Shown: positions 21,762 through 31,720 of the stretch, in pieces
How positions within the stretch are numbered: the first letter of the stretch is position 1
How the letters are laid out: every line of letters starts with the position of its first letter
DNA from: Heteronotia binoei
Lineage: Eukaryota
Assembly: GCF_032191835.1 (NCBI RefSeq)
Contig: NC_083228.1
Coordinates: 40,238,001-40,302,000, forward strand
DNA length: 64,000 nucleotides
Direction of reading: 5' to 3'
The notes under the pieces: generated by a model
Database searches by the model: none
What the model saw: the letters and a program-made list of their open reading frames with translations, nothing else
Told to the model about the DNA's origin: nothing
Translations under genes and position numbers: made by a program

Positions 21762-21917
21762 CTTCAGCTCCTGCATGGTCAGTTCTTTGCCGTGCTCCTT
21801 GGTGCTGTCTATGATGAAATCCAGAGCATCACTATCAGCCTTTGCGTCCTTCCGCTGCAGTTTCTCTAGGATGGCCTTTTCCATGTACTGGTGCAACAGG
21901 TCCCGGGCCTTAATTCC
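21762..21917 (-). CDS. CYP26C1: CYP26C1 coding exon 4 (52 aa)
   Basis: cag|GGA acceptor and AAG|gtaacc donor. Translation GIKARDLLHQYMEKAI...HGKELTMQELK. Confidence 0.96.
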
Positions 21918-22465
21918 CTGGCGGAAACAAACAGGGTCATTTGGGGGTAGGTGTAGCGGCAAGAAAGGAAATCCTTTTCATATGGAGTCTTGCATCCAAG
22001 GAAGCCCAGGTCAAATCAAGCAAGGCTGTGCTTCACCCTGTCCCGGATAGCCCAGGATTCTCTCATTGCCAGAAACAGGCCAAATGGGCTTTCGGCCAAC
22101 CCTGCCCTGAGAAGTTTGCATCCAGTGACACCTTTCAGACCAACCAAGTTTTATTGGGGGTGAAAGCTTTTGTGTGCACACACTTCTTCAGGTTGCAAAA
22201 GAAGGGTTTAATTTTAAAGGCAAAGCCACAGAAATCGGGAGCGGAGCCGATCCAAGTCAGCGCCGCAGGGGGCCACAACGTCTTCCTTCGCCAGGGAGGC
22301 GTTTCTCCTCTTGCAGAGCAGAGGGCGGGGCTGGAAGGCGCGCTTTGCCGGCTACCTGCCGGCTGTTCTTGGGGATCTGGAGGGATCGCTCGGTCTCTGA
22401 CTGGATCTCTGGCTCAGGCACCCACACTCTAGCCCCCCCCCCCGCCACTCCCGCCCCGCCGGTAC

Positions 22466-22741
22466 CTTCCTGAGGCCGCTGAAGGGGAGGTTGAGGGGCA
22501 GCGAGAAGAGGTTCTCCACCAGCTGCTCGAAGGCGCGGGCCAGCTCAGCGAAGCGCTGCTCCTCCAGGCGGAGCCCCAGCAGGACGCGAGCCGCTACGCG
22601 GAAGGTCAAGGCCTTGGTGGCCGGGTAGACCGCCACCGCCCCCGCCGCCCGGCACCAGCCGCCCACCTCCCCTCGCACCAGCCGCTGCACGCCCGGCAAG
22701 TAGCTCTCCAGCGCCGAGCGGCTGAAGACGCGCGCCAGGAG
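22466..22741 (-). CDS. CYP26C1: CYP26C1 coding exon 3 (92 aa)
   Basis: ctgcag|CTC acceptor after a (CT)n tract and AAG|gtaccg donor. Translation LLARVFSRSALESYLP...FEQLVENLFSLPLNLPFSGLRK. Confidence 0.96.
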
Positions 22742-22743
22742 CT

Positions 22744-22745
22744 GC

Positions 22746-22778
<33 letters not shown>
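22744..22778 (-). repeat. (CT)n microsatellite forming the polypyrimidine tract of CYP26C1 exon 3
   Basis: A plus-strand (GA)n run directly abuts the ctgcag acceptor. Confidence 0.9.
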
Positions 22779-22869
22779 CCGTTGGGGAGCTCCGGAAAAG
22801 AAGGGGGCGCCCGGCAGCCCATGGGCAAGTCCCTTCTCCAAAGAGGGAGGGCTGGGGAATCCTTCCCCT

Positions 22870-23103
22870 AGGCAAATCCTTTCACTCAGGCCCAGGGAAA
22901 TGCCGGTGGCCACTTTGGGGTCAGTCAGCCGTTTTCCTCCAGGCCACTTTGGCCAGAGATCCTGGAGGTTTTTCCCATCTTCTGGGCACGGAGCGGGGGA
23001 CGCTGGGGGTTGGGGGAGGGGGGCATTTGTGAATTCCCAGCATTGTGCAGAGGGGGTGGACTAGAGGGCCCTGGAGGTCCCTTTTAACGCTACGATTCTA
23101 TGA
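22870..23103 (+). mobile_element. CR1 LINE 3' end in CYP26C1 intron 2
   Basis: Homologous to 14620-14790; ends ctggaggtccc...gattctatga. Confidence 0.75.
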
Positions 23104-23783
23104 AATCCCCCCAAGCCCCAGCCCACCCCTTTTCCTTAGGACCAAGCAAAAAGAAGAGGGCGGGCCAGCTTCCAGGCAGCAGGCTGCAAACAGGAGGGCG
23201 GAGACCAGGCAGGTAACTCACTGCTGGCCTTTATGATTTCCAAGAGTTCTCCCTCGAGGCGTCTGCCCCCGCCGCCTCATCCACCTCCCCGCACAATCCC
23301 CAACAGCCTTGCCTCGGAGTCAGCCCCGGGGCGGGGAGAGGATTCGGAGCAGACGCCTTGAGGAGCCTCCTGCCTGCCACCAGCGCAGTCGCCAGCCGAG
23401 TCGCCCCCTTCTATGTTCGCGGATGTCACTGGAGTTTAGCGAGGTGTCCCTTGGCTTCGGGTGGCCCGCTCGGTTGGCGATGGCCTGGCTTCCCAGTTCA
23501 AGAGGGCTTACTTAGGCCGATCTCCTCAGACCCCGGGAGCCAGGAAGGTGGTCCGTGGACCTGGGCAGGCCTTGGATGCGAGACCTCCAAGGAATCCCAG
23601 AGTCACCGTGCAGACGACCCGACGGGGCCCCCTCCCCTTCACTCCTGGAAATATCTTCTCCCTTTTTTCCCTACCTCCCCCCCACCCGTCCTTTGTCTTG
23701 GACATCCAGCCTGACGGAGTTCTGGAGCCCTGCAGAGGTTGGCGCTATTTGGCGTCATGTGGGCTGATCCCCACAGAAAGATC

Positions 23784-24517
23784 CCCTCATCTCTCTAATT
23801 CCTAAGACAGACCAGGGTACCACCGAGCAAGTGCAGAGTATCCCCCCCGCCCCGTCCTGCTTAGGAACCGCAGCTCCTGCGCTGCACTTGTGTTAGATCG
23901 GAACCCATGACTGCCTCCCGTTTTGGGCTCCGGTCCTGCTCTTTTTGGCTGCGTCGGCTGACTGCGCTGGAGCCAGGTCGCAGGCGCGGCAGTGGTAGAG
24001 CCCCAGCTTCCGCAGGACTGTACCACCAGCCCGCTTGAACTGTCAGCCGCGCCTGCTGTGGGGGCTGCCTTTGCCTTCGGGGGCTGGCTGAAGAGGAGGA
24101 GCCCTTCTCGCCCTCCCCTCTCCTCCCCGGGTCCCGCGGCTCTCCCCGGCGAGCGGGGCTGCCTTGCCTACCTTGCGGCGCTGGCGGTGGGTGTCGGCGC
24201 GGGCGTTGAGGAGGGTGTGGGGGCCCAGAAGGATCTGGGTGCTGAGGGGCCACTGGGCGTCCACCAGGCTGTGCTCGCTCAGCAGGATCCGCCGCACGTG
24301 CTCGGCGCCGCTCACGCGGATCACCGGCTTGCCCAGCAGGTGAGTCTTGAACACGGAGCCGTATCTCTGCCGCCGGGAGCTGTGGAAACTGGAGCCCTGC
24401 GGAGCGGGGGGGGGGGGGGGGGAAGGGGGGAGAGAGAGGGCTGAAGCCTTGGCCCCTCCCTCCCTCATCTGTCGAATTCATAAGCTAGACCAGGGTACCA
24501 CTGAGCAAGTGCAGAGT
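23784..24517 (+). repeat. 56-bp direct repeat pair flanking CYP26C1 exon 2 (23784-23839 and 24462-24517)
   Basis: ccctcatct.tc.aattc.taag..agaccagggtaccac.gagcaagtgcagagt, 50/56 identical. Confidence 0.9.
24172..24396 (-). CDS. CYP26C1: CYP26C1 coding exon 2 (75 aa)
   Basis: cag|GGC acceptor and AAG|gtaggc donor. Translation [45 protein letters not shown]...HRQRRK. Confidence 0.96.
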
Positions 24518-24688
24518 GCCTCCCCCACCCCCTCCACAGCCCCTGCGCTGAAGCCGCAGAAGAGACTCTGCTTCCAAGGCTCAGGGGACCAGAACGAGCA
24601 GGTAGAGCACCTGTTTCTCAGCGCGAAGGAACCGCTGGAGAGCTGGGCTTTGATGCAGGGAAGGACCCGGCGGAGATGCTTTTCACTC

Positions 24689-24890
24689 ATTCATTTGCGC
24701 CCCGCCTTTCTCCCCAAAGTGGCTTCCACTGTTCTCTTCTCCTCCGTTTTATGCTCACTCCAACCCTGCGAGGTAGGCGGCCAGGCGGAGAGAGCGTGAC
24801 TAGCCCAAGGTCACTTGACCAGTTACCATGGCAGGAGCGGATTTCGAACCCAGGGCTCCCAGCCTCTAAACCAGCACTCTACACTGGCTT
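24689..24890 (-). mobile_element. tRNA-derived SINE in CYP26C1 intron 1
   Basis: Reverse complement of a SINE head (B box gggttcgaaatcc) and body caagtgaccttgggctagtcac...cctacctcgcagggttgg. Confidence 0.7.
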
Positions 24891-25170
24891 GCTTTACATC
24901 TAGAACTTCCCTGAACCCCCGTCGGTCCAGCTACAGAAAGGTGGAAACGGAGGATCCCAGCCCCTGGTCCCGGTGGGAACCAGCCCCATCACCCTCTGGG
25001 TGCGACTCCCTCTGGGCTGGGGAAGGGGTGGCCAGAGCTGCGAGAGAAGGAGGCAGAGCCGCAGCTTTCGAATCCAGCGCTGCCTGGACGGAGCTGAACT
25101 GGGACTCCCGGAGGCACCTCGAGACCACCAGAGCCCAGCCTCCCGGGGCTTCTCCCCGCTCCCCGCTCAC

Positions 25171-25380
25171 CTGGACCAGCCAGTGCAGCGTCTCGCCGAA
25201 GAAGGGCCAGCCCATGGAGCCCTTGGGCAGGGGCAGGGCGCAGGCGCGGTCCCGGCTCCAGCTCCAGCGGAGCGCCCACAGATGCCGCGCCAAGGCCAGC
25301 AGGAGCCCCAGCGCCACCGCGGCGGCCAGCCCGGCCTCCAGCCACCACAGCGCCTCCCCCGCCTCCGACGGCGGCACCAT
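25171..25380 (-). CDS. CYP26C1: CYP26C1 coding exon 1 (70 aa; N-terminal membrane anchor and PLPKGSMGWPFFGET proline-rich hinge)
   Basis: ATG at 25380 in good Kozak context (gggATGg). Translation MVPPSEAGEALWWLEAG...LPLPKGSMGWPFFGETLHWLVQ is CYP26-type. GT donor at 25170-25169, phase 0. Confidence 0.93.
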
Positions 25381-25864
25381 CCCGGCGCTCCGGCTCGACG
25401 GCCCCTCCAGGCGGCACTCAGCGCCGGCCTCCGGCTGTCTAGGAAAGAGGGCAGCGGTGAGAGAGGACCGCAGCAGCGCAGCCAAGGACCTCGGGGAAGA
25501 AGCGCCCTCCAGTTTGGGACCGCATCACATTCGCTGCCTGCGTGATGCCAAGGTCCAAGGCAGCAAGTCCGGCGGAGCGCAGGAAGCCCGGCTCCCCAGT
25601 CCACCGCTACGCCTCCCTCTTCCCCGTCTGAGCCCGCCGCCGCCTCCGCGCACCTTTCCTGGGAAGCCGGTGCCCCTTCCGTGCCAAGAGGGGTTCCTAC
25701 CCAGGCAGGGCGCTCCAGACGCAGCTCCTCCTCCCCGCCCATTCCTTCCTTCCCGCGGCCAGCAGCTGTCTAAGGCTGCCGTCCAGGGGATCATCAGGTT
25801 GGGCTCCCGCTGGACTCGCCCCCAGCCCCACCGCACCCCCTGGCCCCATGCTCGCCCTCGACAC

Positions 25865-25960
25865 CTTTATATAGCCAGTGGCGGCTCCCTGCCCCAGCCA
25901 CCTTCGCCGATGACGTCTTGGCTGCGTGTTTCTAGGGAGGACGAGAAGGCTGCGATTGGC
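25865..25960 (-). promoter_or_regulatory. Candidate CYP26C1 core promoter (TATATAAAG, near-CRE TGACGTCT, CCAAT box)
   Basis: On the minus strand CTATATAAAG lies at 25874-25865, with TGACGTC near 25911 and CCAAT near 25955. This is ~490 nt upstream of the ATG, inside the CpG island. Confidence 0.6.
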
Positions 25961-28314
25961 GCCCGGGAGGGTCCGGGATAAAAGAAGGGAGGGGGATAAT
26001 CCGGGAAAGGGGGAGGGAGTCGCCCTGACAGATCTTCCCTGTCGGGGGAGGGGGCTCACCACGCAGGTAGCCAATAAGAGACGAGATTGCCCCCCAAACA
26101 CACACACCGGGACCCTCGTGCTGGCTGCGGTTTCCAACGCGTCTTGGTCCATCGTTGCGCCTCCAAGCGGCGGCCCCGTCGGGAAAGGGGCGAGGGGAGG
26201 TTGAAGAGTCCTAACCCTGACGCCCTACCCCACCCCCTCCACAACCCCCGACTCTTTCGTCCTCCCGGGTCGGTCTTCGCTCCCCTTGTCTCACTCCCCC
26301 ACGATCCGGGCGTCGGTATCTTGTGGCTGGGAAAGAGCCGGCTGCAGGCACCTGGCAGAGCGCAGCGAAGCGGACGGGGCTGAGACGTTCGAGCTGGGAT
26401 CCTTCCAAGGCCCCTGACGTCAGTGGGCCTGGCTCTCCCGCAGGTGCGCACAGAATAGGAGAGCGGGAGATGCACAAAGAAGTAAAAGGGGGGGGGGGGA
26501 GAGAGAGATCTTGGCCCTGCGCTCCAAGAGGGTGCAGGTTGCCACCACTTAGCCCAAGAGGAAAGCGCCTATTGCAGATGGGCAGCCCGACTCCGAGGCT
26601 GTCCAGAAAGAGCTTTCTCTCCCCCCCCCCCTTGCTAGATCAGCAATGGGGTCTCGCAAACGCCTCCCGGCTCCCGCTGAGTTCCTTCGGCACAACATCG
26701 CCCACCCGACCCCTTTCAACAACGCTGAGCCGCAGTGGCTGCCCTGGCGTTCCCCAGCTGCGCTTCCAAGCCCTTCCGCGGGATGCGCCTCCCTTGAGCA
26801 AAAGTCGCGCAAGCCGCAGAGCCTCTGGCAAGGAACCGAAGGCGCCCCCCCCCCCCCACTCCCGAACTGGCAGCAAGGAGTCTCCCCTCTCCCATACCGA
26901 AGGGAAGAACCGCAGGCTTAAGCCGCTTGAACAGTAGGGGGTTGGACAAAATTAAACTGGTTTCTGTCTTTGGTGGAACTTTGTAGCCAGCCAAGAGGCG
27001 AACTGGTCGGGACCGACGGATCTCTCTGGGGCAGAGAGAGGGGCCAATTCTCTCCTTCCGTCAAAACGCCCCCTTTCGAAGGGCGAGGGAGCTGTTCTTA
27101 GGGGCGGGAGGGAGGCTGGGGCGGGCCCCCCGGAACTGACTTGTCTGGAAGCCACCGGGTCAGCGGACACGGCGAGGAGGCTCTCCGCCGGCCCCGAGGC
27201 CGCCCACGGCCACCCCTCTCCGTGTTGCGCGTCGCCCTCAGGATGTTCTCTCGTCTGGAAGCTTGATGCTGGCACAGCCTTGTCTTTCAGGTCCCCCCAG
27301 CGCCCCTGACGGGGATTCAGGCTGCTGTTTGCAGAGAAGGCACAAGGCAGGCACCTGGCTGCGGGGGCTAACGCTGTCCTCTGGGCCCCCCTCCGGCAGA
27401 AGCGGCTTCGCTCTCCAGCTCCACTCTAGAGCTGCCGCATCCTTGGGCGCTGCGAGGCAAGCAGGCCCCGCCCCGGAAGGATGCGCAGAGCCTGGCCTTT
27501 AGGGGACAGGAGCCTGGGCCCAGCCGGTCCTCTTCCTTCCCCGCTTCGTGCCCGAGTCCCTCCTTTGAGACCCAAAGGTGTCTCCCCCCTCCTCCTCCCC
27601 CCCCCGCCAAGTCCCTCGGATCCAGGAGGCCGGCCAGCCACCGGCAATGGCTCTCGCAGGGCTTCCTCCTGCAAACTGGCAGCTGTGGGGGCCAAGCGCC
27701 CCCCCCCGCCCAGGCACTGGCCGCCTCCTTGCTGCTGGGCGTTGCTGGCTCCTTGCTGCTCTCCCCCCCTCCCCCAGGAGGTCCAACAGGCGACCCCCTC
27801 CCATCCAAACCCTTCCCGGAGAGGCAGCAGCAGCTGCGTGGGGCGCAAAAGCTCCCAGGTTTCAACCCCAACAGTTCCCGGGATGGGAAAGGCGCCTCTC
27901 GCCGCCACTCTGAGCCTAAGAAGCTGGGGAGGCCAACGGGGCGGGGCTGCCCGCAAGGCCCCAAGGATGACAAGGCGGCGGCGGCGGCAGCACTACTTTC
28001 CCCCTCCCGCAGAGCTCGAGGGCGGCGGAGGCTCCTTCGCTCTTTCAGGCACAAGTGCCCCATCCCCAGGACACTGGGCACCGGGTCCTTCCTTCCCAGG
28101 AGGGCCAGCGGCTCCCGGCCCCAAGCAAGCCCCCAAGTTCCTCCCCGAAAGAGGCCTGCCTGGCGCATCTAGGCTCCTGCGATGGGCTCCTGACATTCCC
28201 ATTTCTTTCCTGGGCTGGGCAAAACTTTCCCCGAAGGGCTCCCACCCCGCGGCCACACTCCTCCCGGACTCCGAGAGAGACGCAAGCACAGAGGCGCCCG
28301 AGCCAGGGTTGGGG

Positions 28315-28322
28315 TTTATATT
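28315..28322 (-). terminator. Probable EXOC6 polyadenylation signal (variant AATATAAA)
   Basis: This is the only AT-rich patch between the EXOC6 stop and the CYP26C1 promoter. It is followed ~25-45 nt downstream by a GU/U-rich stretch (tctgtgcttgcgtctctct). No canonical AATAAA or ATTAAA was seen in 25870-29090 on the minus strand. Confidence 0.45.
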
Positions 28323-29090
28323 ACTGTATTTTGGACCGTCAAATAACTTAATACACGGAGCAAAAAGGGGCGAGGGGGGAGTACATTCTTCTGGCAAGTC
28401 AGTCCCGAAGCGCTCATTTGGTTTCTCAGGTCTCAGACATTCGCGTGTGTTCCAAACAGCACAGGAGGCTCCAGTACAGAATTCAGCGGAGGGGTGGGGC
28501 GGAGAGGGACGAGCTCTAGCGCTATAACACCCATCGGGACACACACACGACACCGGCATCTGAGCCCCGATGCTGCTGGAAGGGGGGGGCGGGGAGAAGG
28601 AGGAAGCTCCTGGGGCGGGGGCTTCAGGGGAATCTAGAAAAGTCCAGTGGTTCAAACACTACCAAGGCCGGTGTTGGATTCAGGTAGTTTTTTTCACGGG
28701 GCGCTACAAAAGAAGACCCCCCTCCCCTCCCCTCCCCTCCCAGCCTACAAAAAGGAAACCTGGCATAGAAAACCGTCCCGGGCCACCGTAAGGCGCGTCG
28801 TATACAAATCCTGCAGGAGGGCAAAAGAGAGTCTGAAAAGACATCGAAAGCAGCGCTCCTCCTTTCTTGGGGGGAGGGGGGGCGATCGTGTTCAAGTCAT
28901 TCCGAAGTGGAGCAGGGAAAGGACACCCGCCCTCCCCGCTCCACAGAAAAATCAACCTCGATTCCTTTGCCCCAGGACGTATTTACAAGGCAGCGGCTGG
29001 GTCCGGCTTCCCAAGGGGGGGGGGCGGGGCGCAGTGCCGCCGCTTTCCCTGGTGGGGCAGCCGCAGGCGCCGTCCTCTCCGCCGGGCGGG

Positions 29091-29226
29091 CTAAGGGTGC
29101 TGGTGGGCCATGCCGTTGACCAGGCCGCGCAGCTGCCGCACCACCGTCTCGATCAGCTTCTGCTTGTCGCGGTCGTTCTTGCGGAACTGGGCGAAGATGT
29201 TGTTCTTCTTGCTCAGGTCCTTCATT
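29091..29226 (-). CDS. EXOC6: EXOC6 last coding exon
   Basis: ccag|A ATG acceptor completes the split Lys codon. Translation MKDLSKKNNIFAQFRKNDRDKQKLIETVVRQLRGLVNGMAHQHP, TAG at 29093-29091. Consistent with EXOC6-CYP26C1 synteny. Confidence 0.95.
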
Positions 29227-29949
29227 CTGGAGCCAGAGAGAGAAAGAAGCCTGCTCAGTTCAGGCGGGCCGCCCGGCGCTCCCCAAGCCAGCCACCCGAA
29301 GGGCCCCAACCCACGGGCGCAAGGGGGGGGAGAAGAAGGAAGGCCCCCCCCCGGCTGCAGCAGCCCCAGCTCCCCCCAGCCCTTGCAAGAAGGCGCGCTC
29401 GAGCCTGCGACCCAAGGGCAGCGCCAGAAACGGGAGTTCTGCAGCACCCCCCCACCCCCACCCCCCTTCCTTTGGATGGAGAGGGCAGGCGCTCCCCCTT
29501 GCAAGCGCGACTTCCTTCGGCCTGCTTCCAGTAGCCCTCCCAGCGACAGGGCCCCGAGGGGAGCGGGGAGCCCGGCTTCCCCACCCGAAATGCGCGAAGC
29601 CTACCCTTTGTGGACTCTGCCAAGCAGTCGCCGCAAACGAGAGGGAGGAAAGGGAGAGAAAGCACAGAAGTTAGCGAGTCCGGCCCAGTGGAAGAGGCTG
29701 CCGGCAAGGCCCGCCCGCCCGCCCGCCCGCCCAGCCAGAGCTGCCGCCCCCTTCAGCAGGGCCCTTTCTGCCGCAGCCCCAGGCAAGAGGAAGGCCGGCT
29801 CGGGCGCTCCTCTCCGGCCAGGGGCTCGGAAGAGCGCCGCGCTCCGCTCGGGGCCGAGAGCCGCCGAGGTCAGCAGACGCCCCGCCGGGACGCTTGGGAA
29901 GGCGGCGTCCTGCTGCTGCAGCAGAAGCGGAAGGCGGCGGCTCACTCAC

Positions 29950-30062
29950 TTCTCGAGGAGGGCGAGGGCGGTGCTGGGGTTCACTCGCAGGTACTTGGAG
30001 GCCGGCTGCCCGTAGTCCGCCAGGTAAGTCGACCAGTCCCACACCATGAAGAGGTCCAGCAG
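29950..30062 (-). CDS. EXOC6: EXOC6 (exocyst component 6 / Sec15A) penultimate coding exon, 113 bp
   Basis: ctgcag|CTG acceptor and AA|gtgagt donor. Translation LLDLFMVWDWSTYLADYGQPASKYLRVNPSTALALLE matches the EXOC6 C-terminus (FMVWDW/QPASKY, unlike EXOC6B). Confidence 0.95.
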
Positions 30063-31289
30063 CTGCAGCGCAGGAGAAAGCGGAGGTTAGAGGTGGGGGG
30101 CGGGGGGGGGCAGAAGGTGGGGACCCCGCGCAGAACTAAGGTCGCGGCCAGGACTGGGCTGAACTCTGCGGGCCTCTCCTTTCCCGGGGCGGAGGGGAAG
30201 GTGCTGCTAAACCGCCAACCGACAGCCCCCTCCAGAGACGCCCCTAAATTGCAGGGGGCCCCCAGTGGCGCCCGGCCTCCCTAGGAGATGCTGGATCACT
30301 GCCCCCCCCCCGCTTCGGGATGCCAGCCCGGGGAGGGGAGGAAGTCAGGACTGGGGGGGGGGGGTGTGAAGGCTCCTTCACCCAAGCGGCTCCTTCTTCG
30401 CGGGGCTCCCAGGCGGGCTCGAGTTCCCAGGAGGAGCCGGGCTGTCAAAGCCCTCCCCCCCCCCCTCCCGCGCCGCCGGTAATCTTTTAAAAGGCGGTGT
30501 GAGTCTCGCAGGGAAGCGGCGGCCCCGGCTCCAGTGCGAAGCCCTAATCCCCTCGGAAGCGCTTAAACCCCACTTCCGATCCCGGCTCGCATTAGCGCGC
30601 TCCCCAGTCCCCTTCGCCAGCAGCAGCGGCTTGGGCGCGGGGTCGGATTCCCAAGCGCTTCTGAGCCGCAGCTTGGTGCTGGGACAGACTCGGGGCTCGG
30701 GCAGCCCGGCGCGCAAGCCGCTGGTCCCTTCACCCCAGAGCCCGGCCAGCCTTCCCGCCCCCCCCCCCCCCACGGTGGGCGCTTGCAGCCAGCCTCCCCC
30801 GGCCCTCCCAAGTGGCACCTGCCTGGAACCCGGAGCCTCCTCCCAACCCCAGTCACTTTCCCAGCCAGCTGGACGGGGGCCAGGCACCTCCGAGGGCTTC
30901 CTCCAGATCAAGGGAGGCTTAGGCTGGAATAAACGCTGCTAATCTTTATGGTGCCAAGGGCCTCCCTGCTCGGTTCTGCCGCGACCCATCTGGAAGAAGG
31001 CGGCCTCCTCCCACAAAGCCATTCCCAAGGCTGGGCTGTCATCTAAACCCCAACTTCTCTCCTGCCTTTGAAATGTGTCTATATAACAATACACAACTAA
31101 AGGACCGCAGATCACCAAGATCAACCCAAAGAAATGAGGTCTGCGGCGCAGATACGAATAGCCCAAAGGCATTTATCATTCAACCCGTGTGCTATTTTTT
31201 ATGATCAAGGTAACAAACGTCCAGCAGAGGAACAATTTATCAACCAGAGAGGGGGGTAAAAAGTATACAACTGTCTGTGTAAAACCAAA

Positions 31290-31720
31290 ATTGGATAAAC
31301 ACGATGATACATATTACTGCAGCAAGACTTTTGATAGCACAAAACTGGAAACATCATGAAACTCCAAAGAAGCAGGATTTGATTGATAAAATACTAGAGA
31401 CAGCTGAAACAGATGCCCTTGCACTTCGTCTTAAAGGTAGACTAACACCAGACAAGAGAACCCTTGGAAACCCTTTTATGAATGGTTGAAGACACAAATT
31501 TGACTCTTATATGACACATTTGTAATTCCTCTATTTTGATATTTTAGTGTTGATATTAGCAAATTATTAGTTTAATCTAAAGATTGTAAATTTTTATAAA
31601 CTATGAGTAACGTTTGTAAATTAATGATGCAGAATTTATGTCAAAATAATGTTATTTCCCTTTCCCTCCCCTATTCTGTATTTCCTTACCCTGTTTCTTA
31701 AAATTCCAATAAAATATATA
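31290..31720 (+). mobile_element. L1-clade LINE 3' fragment
   Basis: ORF fragment ITAARLLIAQNWK...P resembles the C-terminus of non-mammalian L1 ORF2. Followed by an AT-rich 3'UTR and AATAAA at ~31709. Confidence 0.65.

Larger units (their letters stand above)
22200..30950. other. CpG island covering CYP26C1 exons 1-3, its promoter and the EXOC6 3' end
   Basis: High GC and CpG density, with an abrupt transition to AT-rich, CpG-poor sequence after ~31 kb. Confidence 0.85.

Noticed and set aside
24815-25981. 388-aa plus-strand ORF antisense to CYP26C1 exon 1, and similar long ORFs at 27481-28527 and 28647-30284
   Set aside because: Low-complexity products of CpG-island composition and of antisense to GC3-rich exons.
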